This document shows, piece by piece, positions 8,234-18,494 of a DNA stretch of 26,238 bases. Position 1 is the first letter of the stretch; each line of letters begins with the position of its first letter. The notes beneath the pieces were generated by a model. That model was not told where the DNA came from. It ran no database searches and worked only from the letters and a program-made list of their open reading frames with translations. A program made the translations under genes and the position numbers. The stretch is taken from assembly GCA_041686025.1 (NCBI GenBank), contig JAWLEP010000009.1, forward strand, positions 17,971 through 44,208. The letters are read 5' to 3'. Source of the DNA: Candidatus Fermentibacteraceae bacterium (GTDB lineage Bacteria > Fermentibacterota > Fermentibacteria > Fermentibacterales > JCC-6).

Positions 8234-8484
8234 CTTTCTCCTCCGGTTGGGTTTGCGTGAATGAAGCAAATCGGGGCTGCCATCGGTGCCTCCAGCAGGA
8301 ATGCACCTTGAGGATATTGAATGTGCAACATTTATGCATTGTCCGGCATGCGACGGTCAAGTTCCCGCCTCGGTCAAGTTGACGCCGGCCGTGGGGCATG
8401 GTTATCACGCTTTTGTATATTGCCACTGCACTTTCAGAACACGAACGTTCTTGCCAGGTTCCACCGACATCCGAAGGGAGCGAC
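8234..8484. promoter_or_regulatory. Divergent promoter region between the C25 genes and the housekeeping gene run
   Basis: AT-richer 251-bp gap between divergent starts. Contains TTGACG at 8379-8384, a weak -10 candidate TATCAC at 8403-8408, and CGGTCAAGTT twice. Confidence 0.55.
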
Positions 8485-9699
8485 TTGGACAAGAGGAGAA
8501 CTCTCATCACCGCCTCCGAGCGGGTGGGAAAGCTTCCCCCCTACCTGTTCGCCGAGCTGGACAGGCAGAAGGAGCTCAGCCGCCGCAAGGGTGTGGATCT
8601 CATAGATTTCGGCATCGGGGACCCCGATACCCCCACGCCGGAGCCGATAATCAGCGCCTGCGCCGAGGCCCTGGAGGTCCCGGAGTACCACCGCTACCCC
8701 GACGGCCGCGGCAGCGGCTTCTACCTGGACGCCTGCCGGCGCTGGCTGGCCCGGGAGTTCGGCGTGGAGGAGGGGGTGGAGGTCTCGGCCCTGATCGGAT
8801 CCAAGGAGGGCCTGGCGCATCTGCCCATGGTCTTCTGCAACCCCGGTGACGTGGTGCTGGTGCCCAACCCCGGATACCCCGTCTACCGGGCGGCGGCCAT
8901 ACTGGCCGACGCCACCCCGGTGGACGTTCCCCTGCTTCGGGGCAACGGCTTTCTCCCCGACCTCACCGAGCTGGACCCGGCGGTTCTGAAGAGGGCCCGG
9001 ATGCTCTTCCTCAACTACCCCAACAACCCCACCGGAGCTGTGCTGACCCGGAGGGAGATGGAGGAGATTGTGGAGGTGGCCCGCCGGGAGGACATAATGA
9101 TCGTCAGCGACAACTCCTACAGCCACATCCGCTTCGACGGCGAGAGCCCCCAGTCATTCCTGCAGGTGCCCGGCGCCTCCGACATCTGCCTGGAGCTGCA
9201 CAGCTTCTCGAAGACCTTCAACATGACCGGCTGGAGGGTGGGCTTCATGGCCGGCTCGCCGGCCCTGGTGAGCACCTTCATGGGGGTGAAGGAGAACCTG
9301 GACTCCGGCGTCTTCACCGCGGTGCAGCGGGCGGCTTCCGCCGCAGTGGAGATGGACAGCGGCCACATCGAGGCCATGCTGAAGACCTACGGCAGGCGCC
9401 GTTCGGTGCTCACCGAGGGCCTGCGCAAGCTGGGCTGGGACGTATGCGATACCGCCGGCACCTTCTACGTGTGGGCGGCCCTTCCCGGCAAGGCCGACTC
9501 CATGGCCTTCGCCCGCCGGCTGATCTCCAGGACCGGCATCGTAGTCACCCCCGGCAGCGGCTTCGGCACCTACGGGGAGGGGTACGTCAGGTTTGCCCTC
9601 ACCATACCCGAGGAACGGATACACAAGGCCCTGGGCAGACTGGAGGGGAAGGAGATTTCCAGCCTGTGGAGAAAGGTAACGCCCAAGCGCGAGAGGTAG
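8485..9699 (+). CDS. dapL: Class I/II PLP aminotransferase, LL-diaminopimelate aminotransferase-like, 404 aa
   Basis: TTG 8485 follows GAAGGGAG. Motifs PPYLFAELD, DFGIGDPD, IGSKEG, NYPNNPTG and PLP-lysine motif SFSKTFNMTGWRVG. Substrate specificity is inferred. Confidence 0.72.
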   Translation: MDKRRTLITASERVGKLPPYLFAELDRQKELSRRKGVDLIDFGIGDPDTPTPEPIISACAEALEVPEYHRYPDGRGSGFYLDACRRWLAREFGVEEGVEVSALIGSKEGLAHLPMVFCNPGDVVLVPNPGYPVYRAAAILADATPVDVPLLRGNGFLPDLTELDPAVLKRARMLFLNYPNNPTGAVLTRREMEEIVEVARREDIMIVSDNSYSHIRFDGESPQSFLQVPGASDICLELHSFSKTFNMTGWRVGFMAGSPALVSTFMGVKENLDSGVFTAVQRAASAAVEMDSGHIEAMLKTYGRRRSVLTEGLRKLGWDVCDTAGTFYVWAALPGKADSMAFARRLISRTGIVVTPGSGFGTYGEGYVRFALTIPEERIHKALGRLEGKEISSLWRKVTPKRER

Positions 9700-10037
9700 A
9701 GGGCCGGCTGACGCTGGAGGGGCTGGTTCTCAGGGTGGTTCTGGGGGCCGACCCGGGTGAGCGACTGTCCGCCAGGAGCGTGGAGCTGGACGTGAGTACG
9801 GCACAGCCGGCCTCCGGCGGGGACCGGCTCGACTACGCACAGGTGGTGGAAGAGATGCAACCCCTGCAGGGCGGGGCTTACTCCTACGTGGAGGACCTGG
9901 CCTCGGCGGCGGCCGACCTGTTGCTGACCCGCTGGCCCCGCAGGAGGTGGACGGTTACGGTGCGGAAGGTGCGCCCGCCGGCGGCCCTTCCCCTGCGGCG
10001 GGCGGTGTACACCCTGGTTCGGGGGCCTTCGAGTTGA
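9666..10037 (+). CDS. folB: Dihydroneopterin aldolase (divergent), about 123 aa
   Basis: GTG 9666 follows GGAAGGAG. Motifs LG...ER, LDY, YVEDLA and VTVRK..PP. Lies directly upstream of folK. Confidence 0.68.
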   Translation: MEKGNAQAREVEGRLTLEGLVLRVVLGADPGERLSARSVELDVSTAQPASGGDRLDYAQVVEEMQPLQGGAYSYVEDLASAAADLLLTRWPRRRWTVTVRKVRPPAALPLRRAVYTLVRGPSS

Positions 10038-10573
10038 GCCGGGACGAAGGCGGCCGTCTGGCCCTCTCCCTGGGGTCCAACTCCGGCCCCCGGCGGGAGC
10101 TGCTGGAGGCGGCGGCCGGCGAGCTGGCGGAGTCCCTGGAGCTGGCCGGGCTCCGTCTCTCGGGGCTGTTCGAGACCGAGCCCTGGGGAGGCGCCTCCGG
10201 GCCGGCCTATCTCAACTGCGTGCTCACCGGACGCACCCGCCTGGGGCCGATGAAGGTCCTGCAGGCCTGCCGGCGCGTGGAGGCGGCGGCGGGGTCGCGG
10301 GTGAGGAAGGCCGGAGCCCCCAGAAGGCTGGACGTGGACGTGCTGTGCATGGAGGACGCTGCCTCCAGCCCCCCCGACCTGGAGCTGCCCCATCCCCGCA
10401 TGCACCTGCGCCGCTTCGTCCTGCTCCCCCTCGCGCAGGTCTGGGACGGAGAGGTCCCCGGCCTGGGCGAGACGCCGCAGCGGCTCCTGGAGGGGGCGGC
10501 GGACTCCGGCGAGGCGGTGGAGCTGAAGCCGCCGCCGCCGCCCGGCGCAACCGCCTGGAGGGAAGGGGAATGA
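10034..10573 (+). CDS. folK: 2-amino-4-hydroxy-6-hydroxymethyldihydropteridine pyrophosphokinase, about 179 aa
   Basis: Motifs SLGSN, ETEPWG, YLNCV, PRRLDVDVL and LPHPRMHLRRFVLLPL. TTGA overlap with the folB stop. Confidence 0.92.
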   Translation: MSRDEGGRLALSLGSNSGPRRELLEAAAGELAESLELAGLRLSGLFETEPWGGASGPAYLNCVLTGRTRLGPMKVLQACRRVEAAAGSRVRKAGAPRRLDVDVLCMEDAASSPPDLELPHPRMHLRRFVLLPLAQVWDGEVPGLGETPQRLLEGAADSGEAVELKPPPPPGATAWREGE

Positions 10574-11205
10574 GCGAGAAGCGCTACGTGGTGGTGGAGG
10601 GGCCGATAGGCGTGGGGAAGACCACCCTCTGCCGCCTGCTGGCCAAGCGCTGGAGGGCCCGGCTGGTGCTGGAGGAGTTCGAGGACAACCCGTTCCTCAC
10701 CCGCTTCTACACCGACCGGAGCAAGTACGCGTTCCAGACCCAGCTCTTCTTCACCGTGAGCCGCTTCCGGCAGCAGCAGCGCATGGACCAGCTGGACCTC
10801 TTCCACCACCGGGTGGTGGCGGACTACATGTTCGGCAAGGACAGGATCTTCGCCGGCGTCAACCTGGCCGACGACGAGCTGGACCTCTACCTGACGCTGG
10901 CCGACCTCCTGGCGGGAAGGCTGCCCCAGCCGGACCTGGTGGTCTACCTGCAGGCGTCTCTGGATACGCTGATGAAGAGGATCGACGCCAGGGGCAGGCC
11001 CTACGAGCGCAACATGAGCAGGAGGTACCTGGAGCGGCTGCGGGAGGCCTACAGCGACTACTTCTTCCGCGGGCGACGCCATCCGGTGCTGGTGGTGAAC
11101 ACCGACGACGTGAACTTCGAGGGGAACGATGTGGCCCTGGAGGGTCTTCTGGAGGCGGTGGACGGCCACGGCGGCGGCATCGAGACCTATGTTCCCAGGC
11201 TGTAG
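10570..11205 (+). CDS. Deoxynucleoside kinase (dAK/dGK family), 211 aa
   Basis: P-loop VEGPIGVGKTT, NPFL..FY, AFQTQLFF, PDLVVYL and RGRPYE. ATGA overlap with the folK stop. Confidence 0.92.
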   Translation: MSEKRYVVVEGPIGVGKTTLCRLLAKRWRARLVLEEFEDNPFLTRFYTDRSKYAFQTQLFFTVSRFRQQQRMDQLDLFHHRVVADYMFGKDRIFAGVNLADDELDLYLTLADLLAGRLPQPDLVVYLQASLDTLMKRIDARGRPYERNMSRRYLERLREAYSDYFFRGRRHPVLVVNTDDVNFEGNDVALEGLLEAVDGHGGGIETYVPRL

Positions 11206-11213
11206 GGAGGGCA

Positions 11214-12083
11214 ATGCGCTGCGTACGCACGGCGGATGAGATGTCCCGGACGTCGACGCAGTGGCGGCGGGCGGGCGAGACGGTGGGCTTCGTACCCACC
11301 ATGGGCAACCTGCACCGGGGTCACATTAGCCTCGTTCGGCTGGCCACGGAGAGGGCGGACCGGACGGTGGTCTCCATCTTCGTCAACCCCACCCAGTTCG
11401 GGGAGGGGGAGGACCTGGAGGACTACCCCAGGACCCCGGAGGAGGACCTGCGGAAGCTGAGGGAAGCCGGCGTGGATGCCGCCTTCCTGCCCGCTCCCCG
11501 GGAGATCTACCCGGAGGGCTTCAGCACCTGGGTGGAGGTGGAGGGCCTCACCGAGGGCCTGTGCGGCAGGTACAGGCCGGGCCACTTCCGGGGGGTGACC
11601 ACGGTCTGCGCGGTGCTGTTCGGAATCGTGCGCCCCCACTTCGCCGTCTTCGGCCGCAAGGACGCCCAGCAGCTGGCGGTGATCCGCCGGATGACGGCCG
11701 ACCTGCGGATGGGAATCGAGGTGGTGGCCGGACCCGTGGTCAGGGAGCCCGACGGTCTGGCCATAAGCTCCCGGAACGGCTATCTTTCCCCGGAACAGCG
11801 GAGGCAGGCCGCGGCCATCAGCCGGGGCCTGCGAAGGGCCGCAGAGATGGCCGCTGCGGGCAGTCGCGACGCAGCCGCCCTGGAGGGGGCGGTGCGCGAG
11901 GCGGTTGCCGGCCGGGACCAGTTGCGACTGCAGTACGTCAGCCTGGTGGACCCCGATACCATGGAGCCCATGAGCGTGCTGGAGCGTACGGGCCTGCTGG
12001 CCGCCGCGGTCTACGCGGGAGAGACCCGCCTGATCGACAACGTCATGCTCGAGCCGGCCCCCAAACGGAAAAACGGGAGGTAG
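11214..12083 (+). CDS. panC: Pantoate--beta-alanine ligase
   Basis: Motifs VPTMGNLHRGH, SIFVNPTQF, RPGHFRGV, FGRKDAQQ, DGLAISSRN and RLIDN. Confidence 0.97.
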   Translation: MRCVRTADEMSRTSTQWRRAGETVGFVPTMGNLHRGHISLVRLATERADRTVVSIFVNPTQFGEGEDLEDYPRTPEEDLRKLREAGVDAAFLPAPREIYPEGFSTWVEVEGLTEGLCGRYRPGHFRGVTTVCAVLFGIVRPHFAVFGRKDAQQLAVIRRMTADLRMGIEVVAGPVVREPDGLAISSRNGYLSPEQRRQAAAISRGLRRAAEMAAAGSRDAAALEGAVREAVAGRDQLRLQYVSLVDPDTMEPMSVLERTGLLAAAVYAGETRLIDNVMLEPAPKRKNGR

Positions 12084-12089
12084 TCCCAG

Positions 12090-12449
12090 TTGCTCAGGAC
12101 ATTTCTGGCCGCCAAGCTCCACCGGCTGGTGGTGACCGAGGCGGACATAGACTACGTGGGCTCGATCACACTGGACCGCGACCTCCTGGACCTCTCGGGC
12201 ATCATGCCCGGGGAGAAGGTCCTGGTGGCCGACCTCAGCTCCGCGGCCAGGTTCGAGACCTACGTGATCGAGGCGCCCGCCGGAAGCGGGACCGTCTGCA
12301 TCAACGGCGCCGCCGCCCGGCTGGCCGCGCCCGGTGACAGGATAATCGTGATGCAGTTCGTGCAGGTGGACACCGCGGCCGAGGACCCGCCCGAGCCCCG
12401 GGTGGTGATGGCCGACGGGAACAACCACAATCCCGGGCTGCTGTCTTGA
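12090..12449 (+). CDS. panD: Aspartate 1-decarboxylase (pyruvoyl proenzyme)
   Basis: Motifs KLHR, YVG/SITLD self-cleavage site, RFETYVI and CINGAAAR. Confidence 0.96.
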   Translation: MLRTFLAAKLHRLVVTEADIDYVGSITLDRDLLDLSGIMPGEKVLVADLSSAARFETYVIEAPAGSGTVCINGAAARLAAPGDRIIVMQFVQVDTAAEDPPEPRVVMADGNNHNPGLLS

Positions 12450-13405
12450 GAGTTGCCGTAATCCTGGCCGCCGGCCACGGCAAGAGGATGCGCTCCCCCC
12501 TGCCCAAGGTGCTCCATCCGGTGCTGGGAAGGTCCATGGTCCTCAGGGTGGCGGATGCCGCCCGTGAGGCGGGCCTGGACCACACCGTGGTGGTTGTGGG
12601 CCACGGCAGGGAGCGGGTGGTGCCGGTCCTGGAGAGCCACGGCCTGGACTGGGCCGTCCAGGAGGAGCAGCTGGGAACCGCCCACGCCCTGGACTGCGGC
12701 CTGCGCGCCATCGGGGACGAAGAGCCCGAGGAGGTCTGCGTGCTCCTGGGCGACGTTCCCCTGATACGCACCGCCACGGTGCGCGGCCTGCTGGAGACCA
12801 GAAGGGACACCGACTCTGCCGTAACCGTGCTCACCACCATACCCGACGACCCCGCCGGGTACGGCAGGGTGGTCAGGTCCGGAGAGGGCGACTGGGTCAC
12901 CGAGATCGTGGAGGACCGGGACGCCTCCGCGGAGCAGAGGGAGATCCGGGAGATAAACACCGGCCTCATGGCCTTCGACGGCGGGCGGGTGAGGGAACTG
13001 CTCTCCGGGATAGGCTCCGACAACTCCCAGGGCGAGTACTACCTCACCGACGCCGTATCCATAGCCGTGGGCCGCGGCCTGCGGGTAACGGCTTCCCTGG
13101 CGGCCGACGGCCGCGAGGTATCCGGGGTGAACACTCCCCTGCAGCTGGCGGCCTGCACCCGGGCGCAGCGCCGCAGGGTGGTGGAGCGCCACCTGCTGGG
13201 CGGGGTGGTGATCCCCGACCCCGATACGGTGTGGATCGAGGACGGTGTGAGTATCGGGCAGGGCTCCTCCATAGGCCGGCTCTGCCGCCTCTCCGGGGCC
13301 ACCGCCGTGGGCCGGGGCTGCACCGTGGGCGACGGCGCGGTGCTGGAGGACGCGGACCTGCCCGACGGCGCCACGGTGGAGCCGTTCACTGTGCTGAAGG
13401 GATAG
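12446..13405 (+). CDS. glmU: GlmU-like sugar-1-phosphate nucleotidyltransferase with only a short beta-helix stub, 319 aa
   Basis: Motifs LAAGHGKRMRS..PKVLH, QLGTAHA, GDVPL, GYGRVVR, EINTG, GEYYLTD and GVN. Ends after about 70 aa of hexapeptide-like repeats. Confidence 0.82.
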   Translation: MRVAVILAAGHGKRMRSPLPKVLHPVLGRSMVLRVADAAREAGLDHTVVVVGHGRERVVPVLESHGLDWAVQEEQLGTAHALDCGLRAIGDEEPEEVCVLLGDVPLIRTATVRGLLETRRDTDSAVTVLTTIPDDPAGYGRVVRSGEGDWVTEIVEDRDASAEQREIREINTGLMAFDGGRVRELLSGIGSDNSQGEYYLTDAVSIAVGRGLRVTASLAADGREVSGVNTPLQLAACTRAQRRRVVERHLLGGVVIPDPDTVWIEDGVSIGQGSSIGRLCRLSGATAVGRGCTVGDGAVLEDADLPDGATVEPFTVLKG

Positions 13406-13407
13406 GC

Positions 13408-13896
13408 TTGGAACGACTCTGGGCACCATGGAGGGCCGAGTACGTACGCGGCTCCGGCGGGGACGGGTGCATACTGTGCTCGCTGTCCCGGGACCGGGAG
13501 CACGACCGGGAGAACTACGTCCTCTACCGCAACGAGGTGCTCTACGTGGTGCTGAACCGCTACCCCTACATCAACGGCCACCTGATGGTGGTGCCCCACA
13601 GCCACGCCGTCGGCCTGCGGAGCCTCGGCCCCGACGAGCTGGAGGCGCTGGGCAGGGCGGAGGTCCTCTGCGAGCGGGCCCTCCTCGAGGGGATGGAGTG
13701 CCAGGGGATAAACGGCGGCTGGAACATGGGCCGCTGCGCCGGGGCCGGCGTGGAGGGCCACCTGCACGTCCACATGCTTCCCAGGTGGAGCGGAGACGTC
13801 AACTTCATGTCTACGGTGGCCGGGACCCGCATCCTCTCGGAGTCGCTGGACGACTGCTACGCCAGGCTGGCCCCCCTCTTCGGTGAAGATGGCTAG
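13408..13896 (+). CDS. HIT-family nucleotide hydrolase/phosphorylase (Ap4A-type), 162 aa
   Basis: TTG start at 13408. Motifs RLWAPWR, CILC, LNRYPYINGHLMVVP and HIT motif HLHVH-MLPRW. Confidence 0.9.
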   Translation: MERLWAPWRAEYVRGSGGDGCILCSLSRDREHDRENYVLYRNEVLYVVLNRYPYINGHLMVVPHSHAVGLRSLGPDELEALGRAEVLCERALLEGMECQGINGGWNMGRCAGAGVEGHLHVHMLPRWSGDVNFMSTVAGTRILSESLDDCYARLAPLFGEDG

Positions 13897-14407
13897 GCGG
13901 CGGAAGACCTCCAGTGACAGGAAGGCCGAGCTGGTCCTCCTGGTGGTGCTGGTTGTGGCGGTGGTGGCCCTGGGCGTGCTGCTGCGCCAGAGGTCGGAGC
14001 CCGCTGCGGCGGAGGAGCCCGCCGGGGCCGCCGTGGAGCCGGAGAGATGGCCGGACACGGTCCGGGTGGCGGTTCTGAACGGCGCGGTCCCCGGCAGCGC
14101 CAGCATAGAGGGCCTGGCCAGGGACGTGCAGCAGTACCTGGGCAGCAGGCAGGAGGTGGGCTTCCTCTTCCCCCTGGAGGCCGGGAACACCAGCTTCAGC
14201 TACCACGAGACGGTGGTGGTCTCCCGGCTGCAGGACAGGACCCGGGCCTTCGCGGTGGCCGCGCTTCTGGAGCTGGACAGCTCGTCCGTGGTCTGGGAGC
14301 TTCCCCCGGACTCCGCAACCCCGGAGGTGGACGTGGTGGTCTACCTGGGGGCCGATATCGCGAGAAGGCGCTCGGAGCTCGTGCCCTACAGCGCCCCGGA
14401 GGAGTAG
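13889..14407 (+). CDS. Membrane-anchored LytR C-terminal-domain protein, about 172 aa
   Basis: Basic N-terminus and a single TM segment, then VRVAVLNG, GLAR, AGN and DVVVYLGAD. Lies immediately upstream of rsfS. Confidence 0.75.
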   Translation: MARRRKTSSDRKAELVLLVVLVVAVVALGVLLRQRSEPAAAEEPAGAAVEPERWPDTVRVAVLNGAVPGSASIEGLARDVQQYLGSRQEVGFLFPLEAGNTSFSYHETVVVSRLQDRTRAFAVAALLELDSSSVVWELPPDSATPEVDVVVYLGADIARRRSELVPYSAPEE

Positions 14408-14436
14408 AGCAGACCTTTTCCCGACGGGAGGTACAT

Positions 14437-14823
14437 TTGTCGGAGAACGACGCACTGCAGACGCTGGTGGACGCCGCCCACGAGCGGCACGGCGAGGACG
14501 TAGTGGCCCTGGACATGACCTCATTCCCCCTGACCGTGGACGTTTTCCTCATCGTCACCTCGTCCAACAGGGTGCAGAGCCGGGCCATCGCAGACAGGAT
14601 AGCCGAGGCCGCCAGGGAGCTGGACTTTCCCCTTCACCACAAGGAGGGCTACCGGGAGGGGAGCTGGATCCTGATGGACTACATAGATTTCGTGGTCCAC
14701 ATCTTCCTTCCGGAGAAGAGGCGGTACTACGGCCTGGAGATGCTCTGGAGCGACGCCCCCGAGAAGCGCTTCCCGGACCCGGGAGCCGGGGAGCCTGCGG
14801 AGGAGGCCGATGACGGCAGCTGA
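14437..14823 (+). CDS. rsfS: Ribosome silencing factor RsfS (Iojap), 128 aa
   Basis: TTG 14437 follows GGGAGGT. Motifs DVVALD, QSRAIAD, EG...SWILMDY.DFVVHIF and RRYYGLEMLWSDAP. Confidence 0.93.
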   Translation: MSENDALQTLVDAAHERHGEDVVALDMTSFPLTVDVFLIVTSSNRVQSRAIADRIAEAARELDFPLHHKEGYREGSWILMDYIDFVVHIFLPEKRRYYGLEMLWSDAPEKRFPDPGAGEPAEEADDGS

Positions 14824-16507
14824 GGGATTCCCCACCCCGGCGGAGCTCCGCTCCGCATTCGGCGAGCTGGTATGCGGCGCCATGGAGGAGCTCTGGGGCG
14901 TCCGGGAGGACCCGGCCATAACCGAGCCCCGCAACCCGGAGTTCGGCGACCTGGCCTCCCAGGTGGCCATGCGGCTGGCCGGCAGGCTGAAGAGGCCTCC
15001 CCGGGAGATAGCCGAGGCCATTCTGGCGGAGACGGCCGGCTCCATGCCCTGGGCGGAGTCGGCCAGCGTGGACGGGCCGGGCTTCATCAACGTCACCCTC
15101 ACCCTTCCGCAGCTGGTCTCCACCGCCTGCAGGCTGGCCCGCAGGGGCCTGGGCAGCCTCCTGCCGGACAGGTCGGAGGGGCGGACGGCAACGGTGGAGT
15201 ACGTCAGCTCGAATCCCACCGGGCCGCTCACCATTGGCCACTGCCGCCAGGCGGTGCTGGGGGAGGCTGTCTCCCGCATGCTGGAGGCTTTGGGATTCTC
15301 GGTTCACCGCGAGTACTACTTCAACGACGCCGGCCGGCAGATGGAGCTGCTTGGCCAGTCGCTGGCCGCCCGCTACGCGGAGGCGGCGGGGACTGCCGGC
15401 CCGGAGCTGCCGGAGGGCGGGTACCGGGGCGGCTACATGGCCTCGTGGGCGGATGAGCTGCTGCAGCGGGAGGGGAAAGGGCTGCGGTGGCCGGCCGACG
15501 CCGGCACCTTTGCCGGGTTCGCCCGGGAGCGGGCCATGCAGACCATCCGGAAGGACCTCTCCCTGCTGGGAATAGAGTTCGACCGCTACTTCCGGGAGAG
15601 CGAGCTTCTGGAGGGGGCGGTGGAGGAGGCCATCGACCGCCTCAGGCAGGCGGGAGAGGACCTGGTCTACGAAGACGATGAAGGCAAGCTGTGGCTGCGG
15701 CTGTCGAAGCTGGGCAGGCCCGAGGACCGGGTCATCGTCCGCAGGAACGGGATGTTCACCTACCGCATGCCCGACATCGCCTACCACCTGGGCAAGTTCC
15801 GGCGGGGCTTCGACCCCATCGTGGACGTCTTCGGCTCCGACCACCTGGACACCAGCCGCGACGTCCGGGCCGCCCTGGTGGCCGTGCTGGGCGAGGAGGA
15901 GGTGGACCGCAGGCTGCGGATCATCCTCCACCAGTTCGTCACCCTGGTCCGGGGAGGCCGCAAGGTGAAGATGTCCACCAGGGCGGGGGACTTCGTCACC
16001 CTGAGGGACCTGGTGGAGGAGGTGGGCTCCCCCGACGTGGTAAGGTACCTCTTCCTCACCAGGAGGGCGGAGGCCCAGATGGACTTCGACCTGGACCTGG
16101 CGGTGAAGCAGTCCGAGGAGAACCCGGTCTACTACGTCCAGTACGCCCACGCCAGGATATCGGGCATACTGGGGAAGGCGGCCGAGGAGGGCATCGAGCC
16201 CCCCGACTGGGAGCCGGAGAGGCTGGCGGCCCTGCTGGACGGCGAGCACGAGAGGGCCCTGCTGCGCCACCTGGAGGCCGTTCCCCTGCGCCTGGAGGCG
16301 GCGGCCGAGGCCCTGGAGCCCCATCGGGTGACGGACATGCTGGCCGAGCTGGCCACCGCCTTCCACGCCTTCTACGCTCATGTTAGGGTGATAGATGCGC
16401 AGAGCCCCGAGGTATCGGCGGCCAGGCTCCTTCTATGCCTGTCCTGCCGCAGCGCTCTGCGCGGAATGTTGGCTGTACTTGGGGTGGATGCTCCGGACAG
16501 GATGTAG
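14810..16507 (+). CDS. argS: Arginine--tRNA ligase
   Basis: Motifs FGDLAS, GPGFIN, VEYVSSNPTGPLTIGH (HIGH-like), EYYFNDAGRQ, KMSTRAG and YYVQYAHARI. Confidence 0.97.
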   Translation: MTAAEGFPTPAELRSAFGELVCGAMEELWGVREDPAITEPRNPEFGDLASQVAMRLAGRLKRPPREIAEAILAETAGSMPWAESASVDGPGFINVTLTLPQLVSTACRLARRGLGSLLPDRSEGRTATVEYVSSNPTGPLTIGHCRQAVLGEAVSRMLEALGFSVHREYYFNDAGRQMELLGQSLAARYAEAAGTAGPELPEGGYRGGYMASWADELLQREGKGLRWPADAGTFAGFARERAMQTIRKDLSLLGIEFDRYFRESELLEGAVEEAIDRLRQAGEDLVYEDDEGKLWLRLSKLGRPEDRVIVRRNGMFTYRMPDIAYHLGKFRRGFDPIVDVFGSDHLDTSRDVRAALVAVLGEEEVDRRLRIILHQFVTLVRGGRKVKMSTRAGDFVTLRDLVEEVGSPDVVRYLFLTRRAEAQMDFDLDLAVKQSEENPVYYVQYAHARISGILGKAAEEGIEPPDWEPERLAALLDGEHERALLRHLEAVPLRLEAAAEALEPHRVTDMLAELATAFHAFYAHVRVIDAQSPEVSAARLLLCLSCRSALRGMLAVLGVDAPDRM

Positions 16508-16532
16508 CCCCCCGCTGCTGAACGAGGTTCAG

Positions 16533-17446
16533 ATGTCATTAGTGGTAGTAGGTTCGATCGCGCTGGACACCCTCACCACCCCCGCCGGCAAGGCTGAGGA
16601 GACCCTGGGCGGGTCCGCCGTCTACTTCTCCATGGGCGCCAGCGTCATGGCCAAGGTTCGGGTGGTGGGAGTGGTGGGACCCGACTTCCCGGTGCAGGAG
16701 AAGCGCTTCCTCACCGACCGCGGCGTCGACCTGGAGGGCGTGACCACCGGTCAGGGGCCCACGTTCCGATGGGAGGGGGTCTACGGCCAGGACCTGGGCG
16801 ACGCCAGGACCCTGCGGACCGAGCTGGGGGTCTTCGCCAGCTTCAGCCCCCGGCTTCCGGAGAGCTACCGGGACTGCCCCCACCTCTTCCTGGCCAACAT
16901 AGACCCCTCGCTGCAGCTGGAGGTGCTGGAGCAGATTCACAGCCCCGAGTGGATCGCCGTGGACACCATGAACCTCTGGATAGAGACCGAGAGGGACCGG
17001 GTCCTGGAGGTCCTGCGCAGGGTGAACCTGGTGTTCCTCAACGAGACCGAGGCCAGGCAGCTGGCGGGGAGGAACAGCCTCTTCGAGGCCGGCGGGTTCG
17101 TCCTGGACCAGGGGCCCGACTGGGTGATCATCAAGCGCGGCGCCGCCGGGGTGCTGGCCCTGGGCGGCCCCCATCCCTTCCAGCTGCCGGCTGTGCCCCT
17201 GGAGCAGGTCACCGACCCCACAGGGGCCGGAGACTCCTTCGCCTCGGGCATGCTGGGCTACCTGGCCTCCACGGGGCGCGGCCTGGATTTCGCCAGCGTG
17301 AAGCGCGGCCTGGCCTACGGGAACGTGGTGGCCAGCTTCGCGGTGGGAGGCTTCGGGGTGGAGCGTATGAGGGAGCTGGACGGGCCGGCTGTTGACGAGA
17401 GGATGGATTTCTACCTCTCCACCAACCAGCTGGGGAGCGCGGAGCT

Positions 17447-17450
<4 letters not shown>
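16533..17450 (+). CDS. PfkB/ribokinase-family kinase (sugar or nucleoside), 305 aa
   Basis: ATG 16533 follows GAGG. Motifs VVGSIALD, LGGSA, DTMNLWI, NETEA and DPTGAGDSFA. Confidence 0.9.
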
Positions 17451-18493
<1,043 letters not shown>

Positions 18494-18494
18494 C

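Noticed and set aside
8436..8451. AGAAC-N6-GTTCT dyad upstream of dapL resembling a LexA box
   Set aside because: The Gram-positive-type SOS box is GAAC-N4-GTTC. The spacing here is wrong and the downstream genes are not SOS genes.
8398..8484. Longer N-termini from the ORF track (dapL 8398; likewise 9444, 9947, 10345, 13231, 14047, 16395, 22186, 3310, 8269, 24677)
   Set aside because: The extensions overlap neighbouring genes or promoters and lack family similarity. The downstream starts have an SD or stop-start coupling.
14555..16381. 608-aa minus-strand ORF antisense to argS, and similar antisense ORFs across the operon
   Set aside because: They overlap well-supported housekeeping genes and are typical high-GC artefacts.
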